Source of the DNA: Mycobacterium sp.
Lineage (GTDB): Bacteria > Actinomycetota > Actinomycetes > Mycobacteriales > Mycobacteriaceae
DNA length: 64,000 nt
Reading direction: 5' to 3'
Assembly (NCBI RefSeq): GCF_052145595.1
Contig: NZ_JBKQOI010000133.1
Span: forward strand, 39,765 to 103,764
The notes under the pieces were generated by a model, which saw only the letters and a list, made by a program, of their open reading frames with translations, made no database searches and was not told where the DNA came from. Below are positions 12,101-20,177 of the stretch, in pieces. The position numbers and the translations under genes were made by a program. Each line of letters starts with the position of its first letter. Positions within the stretch are counted from its first letter, which is position 1.

Positions 12101-12338
12101 GGAACGCGGTGCCGGCGGCGATCTGGACGAGGCGCAAGCGGCCATTGATCGGCTGGCCGCCGTACCGACCGACCCGGGTTTCGTGCTGCACGAGCTCCCA
12201 CTACTGCGGCTTCGGGCGCTGGTAGCGCAAGCGCACGGCGACGACGCGGGCCGCGGCGAGTTCATGCAGCGCTATCGCGCCAAGGCGGCGGCGGCCGGGT
12301 TCGGTCCGCTGGTCGATGCGGTCGACACGACGGAGTAA
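9156..12338 (+). CDS. Zn-ribbon / class III adenylate-guanylate cyclase / P-loop STAND ATPase / TPR-like multidomain protein
   Basis: ATG 9156 follows GGCGGAGG. Motifs in order: CRACG-x10-CDGCG zinc ribbon, cyclase core VTVMFADVVGS...FTGDGVMAMFGAP...RIGLNSGQV, Walker A VVGSPGIGKSRAV and Walker B LYVIEDAHWIDEAS, then a long helical C-terminus with no LuxR HTH. Confidence 0.9.
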   Translation: MESGRLCRACGLGLRQGARFCDGCGAPASADSDFAEYKQVTVMFADVVGSMRIAAALGPERLREIMGEVLHRCTAVVQRYGGTVDKFTGDGVMAMFGAPAALEDHALRACLAALAIQDEIQRLAVEVDHRDGVELRLRIGLNSGQVIAGEMSSGPGGYTAIGEQVGLAQRMESVAPAGGVMLSQSTARLIEHAAVLGESERVHIKGAGDAVLARRLMAVGAEHIQLGRREPTLIGREAEMNTIAEMLDQSINGVGCVATVVGSPGIGKSRAVGDTAKLATARGVAVYSTFCESHARELPYRVVARLLRAVFAVGDLAPDAARAGVRARLPDADPGDLLLLKDLLGIGESGVALPAISPDARQRRLAVLLNAAAFARKTPTLYVIEDAHWIDEASESMLAEFIAAVPLTRSLVLITHRPEYQGALSRAPGARSIALAPLTVAQTVALTTALLGTHPSVTGLAAHVAERAAGNPFFADEIVRDMAERGVLNGDRGAYLCRDASADISVPSTLQATIAARIDRLGTPAKHALYAGAVIGARFSPDLLTAVLPGAGENGTAVAELLRVELIDQVGVAPRSEYAFRHPLIRAVAYESQLRTRRAELHRRVAGAIEENNPDAADQDAALIAEHLDAAGDLRAAFGWHMRAGAWLVSRDMAAAQISWQRARQVADRLPADDTDRTAQRIAPRALICGTGWMAGGSVADTGFDQLKELCEASGDRASLAVGMAGQVMALAGHQRLREAAQQASKLIALVEEIADRALIVGLLSAAIYAKAEIGEVKEALRLAQRVIDLSDGDPPLSQLVMGSPLDMATRSRGLTRLCLGIQGWRSDFDEAVRLAASFTPMSHAGAILYKYVVAVPVGALLADPVALRETADALRIAEQAGDDYTMALAQLTRGLVLVHHGGPRRKEGLNLLTQARDAVLKRGFTVNAMAVVDPEIAREKARNGDLNGAIELARSAIDDMFDRGAMFLRGVATTVLVEALLERGAGGDLDEAQAAIDRLAAVPTDPGFVLHELPLLRLRALVAQAHGDDAGRGEFMQRYRAKAAAAGFGPLVDAVDTTE

Positions 12339-12377
12339 CGCGCGAACACGACGTGGCCATTGGGATTTGGCCAGCGA

Positions 12378-13148
12378 TCACTGCCGCAGGTGCGAACCGC
12401 CGCCGATGTACCAGACCTGTCCGGTGATCCACTCGGCCTCCTCGGAGAGCAGGAAGGTGGTGATCGCCGCGAGGTCGTCCGGCCTGCCCAGCCGCGTGGT
12501 CTTGCCGAACATGAGAAAGGCCTGCTGCAGTTGCAGGTCGTTCTGCCGTTCCTGGGTCTCGCCCATTACGAGGCCGGGCATCACGCCGTTGCTTCGGATG
12601 TTGTGCTTGCCCCAATTGACGGCGACATGTCGGGTGAGGTGGTTGACGGCGGCCTTGGAGGCGCCGTAGGCGACGTGTTGCGGGTCGCTGCCCAGCGCCG
12701 CGCCCGAGGAGGTGTTCACGATGCTGCCGCCGCCCGCCGCAAGCAGGTGGGGGAGAACCGCACGGATCGTGCGGACGTAGCCGAGCAGGTTGACATCGAG
12801 GGTGCGCAGCCAGACATCCATGTCGGTATCCAGAATTGTGGTGTCACGCCCCAGGTTGTGATCGGAAAGATCGGCACCGACGTTGTGCAGGCCGTGGATA
12901 CCGCCGAACTCTTCGATGGTGCGGTCGACGAAATTCTGCGCGGACTGCGTATCGGCGAGATCGAATTCGACGGCGATGGCACGCCCGCCGGACTCGGTGA
13001 TCCGCTCGGCGGTCGCGGCGGCGCCGGCGATGTTGATGTCTCCGATCGCTACGCAAGCACCCTCAGCGGCAAGGCGTTTGGCGGTGGCGGCGCCGATTCC
13101 CGTGGCGCCACCGGCGATCAGGAACGTCTTGTCTATCAGGCCGCGCAT
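12378..13148 (-). CDS. SDR-family oxidoreductase
   Basis: MRGLIDKTFLIAGGATGIGAATAK cofactor motif and catalytic YGASK. The ATG shares one nt with the stop of the upstream gene (TGATG). Confidence 0.85.
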   Translation of the reverse strand: MRGLIDKTFLIAGGATGIGAATAKRLAAEGACVAIGDINIAGAAATAERITESGGRAIAVEFDLADTQSAQNFVDRTIEEFGGIHGLHNVGADLSDHNLGRDTTILDTDMDVWLRTLDVNLLGYVRTIRAVLPHLLAAGGGSIVNTSSGAALGSDPQHVAYGASKAAVNHLTRHVAVNWGKHNIRSNGVMPGLVMGETQERQNDLQLQQAFLMFGKTTRLGRPDDLAAITTFLLSEEAEWITGQVWYIGGGSHLRQ

Positions 13149-13969
13149 CAGACGTAACCGACGCCAATATCGACCGAAAACTGGCTGGCGGTAACCAATC
13201 TGGATTGGTCGGAGGCCAGCCAGGCGACAGCGTCGGCGATGTCTTCCGGTTGCGCGATACCCTCGGGCAGCAACGGTTTGTGCATGCCCCGCAGGTGTGG
13301 GTAGGTGTCGGCGGCCGATTGGAGCGCTTCGCGCATCCGGCCGGTGCCCATGGGGGTGGCGACCGCTCCGGGGTTCAGGCTGTTGACACGAATGTTGTGC
13401 CGGCCGAGTTCGGCGGCGAATGCACGCGCCATTCCGACGACCGCATGTTTGCTCGCCGTGTAGTGCACCATGAACGACTGCATTTTGATGCCGGCGGCGG
13501 ATCCGATCAGGATGATCGAGCCGCCACGTCCACCGTCGATGATGTGATGAGCCGTGGCCATCACGGTGTTCCACGTGCCGGTCACGTTGGTGTCGATGGT
13601 GTCGCGAAAGGCTTCGGCGGTGATCTGATCCCAGGGAGCTGGACTGCAGATGCCGGCATTGGCGACGACCACGTCGAGACGGCCGAGTTCGCCGACCGCC
13701 CCGTCGACGGCCGCTTTGAGCGCCTCGAGGTTGCGGATGTCGACCGCCGCGGTGATCACCATTCTGCCGTTGGCCGTTACCAGCCGTGCTGTCTCGGCCA
13801 GGTCGTCGGGCGTCGGCGAATCGTAGGGAACGCTGGTCGGCAACGGCCCGGCGATATCGACCGCGATGATGTCGGCGCCCTCGGCGCTGAGCCGTACCGA
13901 GTGCGCTCGGCCCTGTCCCCGCGCGGCACCGGTGACCAGCGCCACCTTTCCCGAGATTGACTGGCTCAT
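13148..13969 (-). CDS. Mycofactocin-coupled-type SDR (carveol dehydrogenase-like, Rv2750-like)
   Basis: VALVTGAARGQGRAHSVRLSAEGADIIAVDIAG, with the characteristic insertion PLPTSVPYDSPTPDDLAET, then MVHYTASKHAV. It closely matches my memory of the non-exchangeable-NAD SDR subfamily. Confidence 0.85.
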   Translation of the reverse strand: MSQSISGKVALVTGAARGQGRAHSVRLSAEGADIIAVDIAGPLPTSVPYDSPTPDDLAETARLVTANGRMVITAAVDIRNLEALKAAVDGAVGELGRLDVVVANAGICSPAPWDQITAEAFRDTIDTNVTGTWNTVMATAHHIIDGGRGGSIILIGSAAGIKMQSFMVHYTASKHAVVGMARAFAAELGRHNIRVNSLNPGAVATPMGTGRMREALQSAADTYPHLRGMHKPLLPEGIAQPEDIADAVAWLASDQSRLVTASQFSVDIGVGYV

Positions 13970-13999
13970 CTGTCCTTTGAGTTCCTTTCCTGTCGATCG

Positions 14000-15064
14000 C
14001 TAGTCGCGGGCGATCCTGTCGAGCGGGTTCGAGCGCTCGAGCATGCCGTAGGTCACCTCGCCATCCCACTTGTAGCGCACGCCGGCCTGCTGCAGCGCGG
14101 GGAAGCTGGGCATCTCCTGTTTGAGGGCGTGCATCGAAAACATGTCGTCGTCGTGATGAATGTCGTGGGTGGAAAACACGGTCTCGCCGCCGATCTCGAC
14201 AACGCCGTCGCCGGTTTCAAGCACGAGCGACACGTCCTCGCCCACGGGTTGAAGCCTGGTGAGCCATGGGGCCCGGGCCGCCCGGGCCGCGATGAGACCG
14301 CCGTCCCCGGTGAAGATGTAACCCTCGTTGAAGGTGGGCTGTCCGTCGGGGCGAGGCGGGTAGGCGATGTAGCCGAACGCCAGGCCGCTGGGGAATACGG
14401 CTGACTGCCAACAGTGGCCCCAAAATCCGGCGAGCTTGCGCACCCCGGTGCGGCGGATCCGCAAACCGCTGCCGGTGAAACTGCGCCGCTCGCCGGCAAC
14501 CTCGAAACCGCCGGTAGCGGTGAACAATTGCTCATAGCGTGGGCCACCCATCAGATCGCCCTCGACGGACGTCTTCAGCCGTGCGGCAGCGTCGGATTGC
14601 AGCGCTCCCTGCACCCACGGCGGCACGGCCATCGTCGCCTCGACGTGAAAACTGATGTCGACCAGCGGACCGTCTTTTTTTCCTTCGGCCAAGTCGGCCG
14701 ACGAGGTCTGCGCAGCGGGCCCATCGTACGACATCGTCCAGGTGGCGAATGGTTCGACGCAGCGAAACACCAGGCCGCCGGCACCCAACACCGTCGCACG
14801 CCCGTCAGCCCCCTTGGCCGGCAGCGAGGGACCGTTGGTCCGCAGGCGGTACACGCGCCCGTCGGGGAAGGCGGCGTTGACTTGGATGTCGTGGGCACCC
14901 CAGTTGGCGCCGACCGCCTCGATTCCGATGCGCGGCAGGCCGATCTCACCGCGGTCGTCGACCACCCAGAAGCTCACGGAGTCACGCATCTCCGGGTTCG
15001 TGGGAGGCTCGGCCAACACGTATTCGCGGGACGGGTCGATACCGCCGGTCAGGTCAACAGCCAT
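14000..15064 (-). CDS. Conserved hypothetical protein, function unknown
   Basis: 354-aa ORF with strong GC3 bias. ATG 15064 follows TTGGAGCC. I recognise no motif. Embedded in the sulfotransferase operon. Confidence 0.75.
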   Translation of the reverse strand: MAVDLTGGIDPSREYVLAEPPTNPEMRDSVSFWVVDDRGEIGLPRIGIEAVGANWGAHDIQVNAAFPDGRVYRLRTNGPSLPAKGADGRATVLGAGGLVFRCVEPFATWTMSYDGPAAQTSSADLAEGKKDGPLVDISFHVEATMAVPPWVQGALQSDAAARLKTSVEGDLMGGPRYEQLFTATGGFEVAGERRSFTGSGLRIRRTGVRKLAGFWGHCWQSAVFPSGLAFGYIAYPPRPDGQPTFNEGYIFTGDGGLIAARAARAPWLTRLQPVGEDVSLVLETGDGVVEIGGETVFSTHDIHHDDDMFSMHALKQEMPSFPALQQAGVRYKWDGEVTYGMLERSNPLDRIARD

Positions 15065-15099
15065 CGGTGGCTCCAATTTTCGTTGCTCCCTTAGTAACT

Positions 15100-16227
15100 T
15101 CAGTGGGCGGTCCAGCGGGATGCGCTGTCCACGTAGCGGGCAAACCGGGGACGGACTTCCTCGAATTCGATGCCGAACTCAACCGGATCGGCATGTGAGC
15201 TCGGCTCGCGCTCGGCGGCGGCTTGCGTCCACCAATTCTGCATCCGGGCTTCGAACTCTTTACCGACCGGCGCTCCCAGCCACGCATACAAACCGGTCAC
15301 CTCCCCGATCGGATCGGCCTGCATGGCACGAAAATCGATGTCGTAGAACCGATCATCGGCACCGTCAGCGCGGAATTGCAGTGCCTGCTCCATACCCAAC
15401 GACCAATGTTCGACGTTGAGCCGACCAATGTAGCGGCGGTCGATCTCGGTGCTGAACGACCCGATGATGTCGGCATATAGGTCGGCCACCGACAAGATGA
15501 CATCCGTCGGATCGCGGTGCGTCATCACGAACCGCGCGTCCGGGAACACCTTGTCCAGGGCGTCGAGCCACAGCACGTGGGACGGGCATTTCAATCGCCA
15601 CGGCCGCTGCGGCTCACCCCATTGCAGCAGTTTCATCACCTTGCGCTGATAACGCAACGTTGGAATGAGATCCGCTTTGTGCACTAACCACGTTGAGTAC
15701 GAGGGTATTTCAGCGAATGACTGAAATATGTGCGACTTGAAATCCAGCGCCATCAGCTCATGGCACTCCATCGGACCGTGAGTGTCGCCGGGGACGTGGT
15801 AGCGGGTGCCGAGCATCTCACCCTTGTCCGGGGGGATGCGGGGGTCCACGCCCTGCACAGTCGAGGGCGGCGGACAGGGTTGAGACGACTCCCAGCGCCG
15901 CAGATAACGGACATCGGGGTCTTGAGCCAGCAGCATCGACAGAGCGGTGGATCCTGTTCGGGGTAAACCCAATCCGATCAGCGGCGCACGGATCGGCACG
16001 TCATCGATTTCCGGGTGCCGGCGATACCAGTCCTCGACCTGCAGGCGCTGCGACAGATAGCCCACGATGCGGTTGTGCAGGAACGCTTGGCCGCGGTCGG
16101 ACAGACGCGCCTCGTCCCGCAGCGAGGACAACAGGATCTCCAAGCCCTCTCGGAACGAGTCCTGGCCGAAGTCGGTCAGTCCGGTCTGTTCGCTCGCCTC
16201 GCCCATTAGGTCGTTGCTGGACGGCAT
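15100..16227 (-). CDS. PAPS-dependent sulfotransferase (mycobacterial Stf-like)
   Basis: 5'-PSB loop GLPRTGSTALSMLLA and 3'-PB-like FVMTHRDPTDVILS. ATG 16227 follows GAGGAG. Confidence 0.85.
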   Translation of the reverse strand: MPSSNDLMGEASEQTGLTDFGQDSFREGLEILLSSLRDEARLSDRGQAFLHNRIVGYLSQRLQVEDWYRRHPEIDDVPIRAPLIGLGLPRTGSTALSMLLAQDPDVRYLRRWESSQPCPPPSTVQGVDPRIPPDKGEMLGTRYHVPGDTHGPMECHELMALDFKSHIFQSFAEIPSYSTWLVHKADLIPTLRYQRKVMKLLQWGEPQRPWRLKCPSHVLWLDALDKVFPDARFVMTHRDPTDVILSVADLYADIIGSFSTEIDRRYIGRLNVEHWSLGMEQALQFRADGADDRFYDIDFRAMQADPIGEVTGLYAWLGAPVGKEFEARMQNWWTQAAAEREPSSHADPVEFGIEFEEVRPRFARYVDSASRWTAH

Positions 16228-16256
16228 GGCAGGCTCCTCTGAAAGTCTCTGTGGCA

Positions 16257-17132
16257 TCAGCCCATCCACTGGCCGCCGGCGACGTCGATGGTCTGCCCGC
16301 ACATGTAGTCGGCCGCCTCGGAAGCCAGGAAGGCAACCATGTTGGCGGCTTCCTCGGGCAACGAGGCGCGCCCTAGCTGGACTTGCTGAGTGATCGCCTC
16401 CCGGATGGCGGCACGGCCGGCACGCTGTTTGTCGTCCTGGGGATCAAGCAGGTACTGCCGCATCTCCGGTTTGATCATGATGCCCGGTGCCACCCCCAAG
16501 ACGTTGACGCCGCGCAGTGCGACCTCGTGTGCGAGGTTCCGGGTAAACCCGATCACCCCGGCCTTGCACGCGTTGTACACCACCAGGCCGCGCTGCTGAA
16601 TGCGGCCACCGACCGACCCGATGTTGATGATCTTTCCCGATCCCTGCGGAAGCATGTGCTGCAGTGCGGCGTGCGCGCCGTACATCATCATGGTGAGGCT
16701 GCCGAGCACCGTGTAGTCGATTTCCTCTTTGGTCTGCATCTCGAAGGGCCCGGCCGCCACCATCACCGGGTTGTTCACCATGATGTCGAGCCCACCCAGC
16801 TCGCCGTACGCCTGCTGTACCGCGTCGTGCACCTGGTCCCAATCGGACATGTCGGCTTTGACGGGGATGGCCCGCACACCCCATCGCTCCTCGACTTCGG
16901 TGGCGCGCCGCTGCACCTTGTCGAAGGTGCGCCCGATCAGCGCCACATCGGCACCGCAGCCGGCCAGACGGTTCGCGATCGCCTGACCCAGCCCGTCGCC
17001 GCCGGCGCCGGTGACAAAGGCCTTCTTTCCCGACAGGTCCATCAGTTCGGTCACCCGCTTGCCGACGATGTGCTCCGGCAACCGGTCCAAACCCAGCAAT
17101 TGCACCCAGTCCTGCTCGTCTTGAACCGTCAT
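16257..17132 (-). CDS. SDR-family oxidoreductase (first gene of operon)
   Basis: KKAFVTGAGGDGLGQAIA and catalytic YNACK. ATG 17132 follows GGGAGG. The longer 407-aa ORF extension lacks coding character. Confidence 0.85.
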   Translation of the reverse strand: MTVQDEQDWVQLLGLDRLPEHIVGKRVTELMDLSGKKAFVTGAGGDGLGQAIANRLAGCGADVALIGRTFDKVQRRATEVEERWGVRAIPVKADMSDWDQVHDAVQQAYGELGGLDIMVNNPVMVAAGPFEMQTKEEIDYTVLGSLTMMMYGAHAALQHMLPQGSGKIINIGSVGGRIQQRGLVVYNACKAGVIGFTRNLAHEVALRGVNVLGVAPGIMIKPEMRQYLLDPQDDKQRAGRAAIREAITQQVQLGRASLPEEAANMVAFLASEAADYMCGQTIDVAGGQWMG

Positions 17133-17255
17133 CGTCAAACCTCCCTCGCGTCCCGAGACGTCACCGCACGAGTCGCCAGCCAGACCGGGACGGCATCGCT
17201 TCCCGCCGCCCTCCTCACATCGCCGACCATATGGCGGCATCAGCGCCACCAGGTA

Positions 17256-17292
17256 ATACCAATTCGGGAAATGAGTCATGCCGAATTTGTAT
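17256..17292. promoter_or_regulatory. Inverted repeat ATACCAATTCGG-N13-CCGAATTTGTAT (candidate LysR-type binding site)
   Basis: 11 of 12 positions are complementary. It lies 20 nt upstream of the LysR ATG, in the 180-nt divergent region shared with the SDR/sulfotransferase operon. Confidence 0.55.
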
Positions 17293-17312
17293 GGCTGGTA
17301 GACCTGACACCG

Positions 17313-18290
17313 ATGGATACTCACCGGCTCAAGTACTTCCTGCGCATCGCGGAAGAAGGCTCGATCACCCGGGCGGCCACCGCGCTGGGGATTGCTCAGC
17401 CCGCGCTGAGTCGCCAGGTCCGTTTGCTCGAGCAAGACCTCGGCATCACTTTGTTCCACCGGACCCGGCGGGGCGTGCAACTCACCGAGGAGGGCGAGCG
17501 CTTGCGCTCCACGACGGCCGCACCGCTGCGTCAGTTGGAGCTCGCTGTCCAGTATGCGGGGTCACCCCTGGCGCGGATCGAGCGTGGCATGTTGTTCGGA
17601 ATGGTGCCCACCGCCGCCGGCGTGCTGGCGGCACCGCTGTTGGCCAGCCTCGGCGCCGCGTTTCCGAACGTGCACTTTCACGCCGCCGTCGCCGACACCG
17701 ATGACCTCGTCCAACGCATGCTCAACGGCGCAATCGATCTCGCGGTAATCAATCCGGTATCCGATGACCGGCTGTTCTACCGCCATCTGCTGGTCGAGGA
17801 TCTCGTTCTCGTCGGCGGCCCCACGTCGGAGCTCTCGCCGGCCGACCCCGTCCGCTTCGCGGACCTGGCCGCGCTGCCGCTCATCATGCCCAGCGCACAG
17901 ACTGGAATCCGAAACACCTTGGAAAACGCGGCGCTGCGTCGCAAAGTCGCTATCTCAACCCGCTTTTCGACCGATTCGCTCGAAGTGTCGAAGTGCCTCG
18001 TCGGGGCGGGACTCGGATACGCGGTGATGCCGCTGGCGGCGTGTGTCGCCGACGCCGAAGCGGGCCGACTGCGCTACGCACCTATTTATGAGCCCCAAAT
18101 CACCCATCAGATCGGGGTGGCCGCGACCACTGCGCTGGAGCTTCCCCGCGAGCTTGCCACGAAAATCGGCGTCCTCATGCGAGAAGAGGTCGAGAGGCTC
18201 ACCAAATCTGGCTTCTGGCCCGCAAGCTTCGCGCCGGCGTCGTCGTGGGATCCGAACTTCGCAGAGCCCCCCACCGTAGGTCAAGCGTAG
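17313..18290 (+). CDS. LysR-family transcriptional regulator
   Basis: MDTHRLKYFLRIAEEGSITRAATALGIAQPALSRQVRLLEQDLGITLFHRTRRGVQLT is a canonical LysR HTH. Confidence 0.92.
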   Translation: MDTHRLKYFLRIAEEGSITRAATALGIAQPALSRQVRLLEQDLGITLFHRTRRGVQLTEEGERLRSTTAAPLRQLELAVQYAGSPLARIERGMLFGMVPTAAGVLAAPLLASLGAAFPNVHFHAAVADTDDLVQRMLNGAIDLAVINPVSDDRLFYRHLLVEDLVLVGGPTSELSPADPVRFADLAALPLIMPSAQTGIRNTLENAALRRKVAISTRFSTDSLEVSKCLVGAGLGYAVMPLAACVADAEAGRLRYAPIYEPQITHQIGVAATTALELPRELATKIGVLMREEVERLTKSGFWPASFAPASSWDPNFAEPPTVGQA

Positions 18291-18327
18291 CGTCGGCGTG
18301 GCGCTGTAGGACTGCCGAGGAGACATC

Positions 18328-18801
18328 ATGGATGTGACTGTCGTCGATGCGGGACCCCACCAAGTGAGCCGGTCGGTCGAAGTCGCCGCGCCGGCCGCGG
18401 AGCTGTATGCGTTGGCCGCCGATCCCCGGCGCCATCGCGAACTGGACGGATCGGGCACCGTTCGCGACAACATGAGAATTCCGGCGGAACTGGTTGTGGG
18501 ATCGAAGTTTTCGACGAAGATGAAAATGTACGGCCTGCCGTACCGCATCACGAGTACGGTAACCGCCCTAAAGCCGAACGAGGTGGTCGAATGGCGCCAT
18601 CCCGTGGGCCACCGCTGGCGTTGGGAATTCGAGGCGCTCTCACCGACGCTGACGCGAGTCACCGAGACCTTCGACTACAGCAACGCCGGTGCGATCAAGA
18701 ACAGGCTGAAGTACTACGAACGGATCGGTGCCCGCAAGGCCAACGCGTCCGGCATCGAGGCGACGCTGGCCAAGCTGCGTGATCGCTACGCCGGGCGGTA
18801 G
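18328..18801 (+). CDS. SRPBCC-family (polyketide cyclase/dehydrase-like) protein
   Basis: About 157 aa, with a [24 protein letters not shown] start typical of the SRPBCC fold. A paralogue lies at 42721-43188 (shared HRWRWE/HLWRWE). Confidence 0.7.
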   Translation: MDVTVVDAGPHQVSRSVEVAAPAAELYALAADPRRHRELDGSGTVRDNMRIPAELVVGSKFSTKMKMYGLPYRITSTVTALKPNEVVEWRHPVGHRWRWEFEALSPTLTRVTETFDYSNAGAIKNRLKYYERIGARKANASGIEATLAKLRDRYAGR

Positions 18802-18805
18802 GTGA

Positions 18806-19366
18806 TCACCCGTCGGTTGGGTCGGAGGCATCCCAGTCGACCAGGCCCGAAACCCAGTGAGTCACTTCTTCGGCTTGGTCGTTGCGGTGCAGGTGGCGCG
18901 GGGGCTGAGCGAAGGTGGCGTAGGGACGGCAGCGGATCACGACACGGTTTTCTCGCTCCGACATTTCTTTTACGTAGGGGCGTGCCTCCTCGCCGAGTGG
19001 TTGGCCGGACATCCGACCGGCAACCGCCATCATCACGTCGACCACCAGATCACGGTCGTGGTCGAGGGTCGCGTCCGCGTAAACCTGCAGGTAGGCAAAG
19101 GGCCACCGCTCATCCAGGACGCACAGACTGACCTTGCCGTCGCGCTCGACGACGCGGGCTTTGCCGCGGCCGGCCATGGTGGAAACCAACAGCTCGTCGG
19201 TGTCGGTGGGGATGTAGTAGACGACCGACATTGCGGGTCCGTCGTTGCGGCGGCGGTAACCGAACACGCACGTGCGGTGGGTACGGACGAATTCGCGTCG
19301 CTCGGAGGGAAGCATGTCGCGGTCGGTCGGAGCCGTGTAGGGCTCTGATGCCAGGGGCAGGAGCAT
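18806..19366 (-). CDS. PPOX-class (probably F420-dependent) oxidoreductase
   Basis: REFVRTHRTCVFGYRRRNDGPAMSVVYY ... LCVLDERWPFAYLQV is typical of pyridoxamine-phosphate-oxidase-like split-barrel proteins. The start is 19366 or 19315. Confidence 0.7.
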   Translation of the reverse strand: MLLPLASEPYTAPTDRDMLPSERREFVRTHRTCVFGYRRRNDGPAMSVVYYIPTDTDELLVSTMAGRGKARVVERDGKVSLCVLDERWPFAYLQVYADATLDHDRDLVVDVMMAVAGRMSGQPLGEEARPYVKEMSERENRVVIRCRPYATFAQPPRHLHRNDQAEEVTHWVSGLVDWDASDPTDG

Positions 19367-19433
19367 GGCGGGATGTCCTTGCTATCAGAGGTGTTGACCC
19401 AGGTTACAATTAATGACTACAGTGTGTCCGTAA

Positions 19434-20150
19434 ATGGGTCAGGTGTCAAGGCGGCGAGTGTGCACGACTTCGGAGGTTCTCTTGAGCGATGTGACCGGAC
19501 AGCCGCCGTCGGGCCGCTCCCGCGGGCGTCCGGCCCTGCCCCTGGACCGGATCCTCGCGGTAGCCCTCGAACTCGTTGACGAGCACGGGGCCGACGCACT
19601 GTCGATGCGTTCCCTGGCGCAGCGCCTGGAATCAGGAACCGCCACGCTGTACCGTCATTTCGCCAACCGATCGGAATTGGTGGCCAAGATGGTCGACCGC
19701 ATGCTCGGTGAAGTCGCCCTCGACCCGCCGACAGTTGCGGCGCTGCCCTGGCAACAAGCCTGTACATCGTTCGCGCAGCATATGTTTGACGCGCTGGGCC
19801 GCCATGGCAATGTCGCACCCTTATTGATCGGGCACGTGCCGATGGGGCCCAACGCGCTGGCCCAGCGTGAACAAATTCTGTCCGTCCTTCTCGACAACGG
19901 ATTTCCACCGGTGGTCGCCGCCCACGCCTACGCAACACTGGCCCGCTATGTACTCGGCTTCGCGATCCAACTCTCCGGCTCGCCGGCGGCCGGACAGGAC
20001 GCCGAACTAGCGGCCGCATTCCATGAGCTTGATCCGTCCCGCTATCCCGCGACGGTCGCGGTCGCCGACGACCTTCCCGTTCCGTTGGAAGATGAATTCG
20101 CTTACGGGTTGCGACTCATCGTCGCCGGACTCGAGCGATTGCGTGGCTGA
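19434..20150 (+). CDS. TetR-family transcriptional regulator
   Basis: LDRILAVALELVDEHGADALSMRSLAQRLESGTATLYRHFANRSELV HTH. The start may instead be TTG 19482, which follows GGAGG. Confidence 0.85.
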   Translation: MGQVSRRRVCTTSEVLLSDVTGQPPSGRSRGRPALPLDRILAVALELVDEHGADALSMRSLAQRLESGTATLYRHFANRSELVAKMVDRMLGEVALDPPTVAALPWQQACTSFAQHMFDALGRHGNVAPLLIGHVPMGPNALAQREQILSVLLDNGFPPVVAAHAYATLARYVLGFAIQLSGSPAAGQDAELAAAFHELDPSRYPATVAVADDLPVPLEDEFAYGLRLIVAGLERLRG

Positions 20151-20177
20151 ACGCGATCGCGGCGTCAAGCCGGAAAT

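Noticed and set aside
13149-14069. N-terminal 307 aa of the 563-aa ORF 12378-14069 (would make one giant SDR-containing protein)
   Set aside because: This part overlaps the mycofactocin-type SDR in another frame and is Arg/His/Gly-rich. The SDR domain begins at an ATG (13148) that overlaps the upstream stop, so two separate genes are far more likely.
16383-17312. 310-codon extension of the LysR ORF (635-aa ORF)
   Set aside because: It is antisense to the SDR gene and the promoter region. The canonical LysR HTH starts right after ATG 17313.
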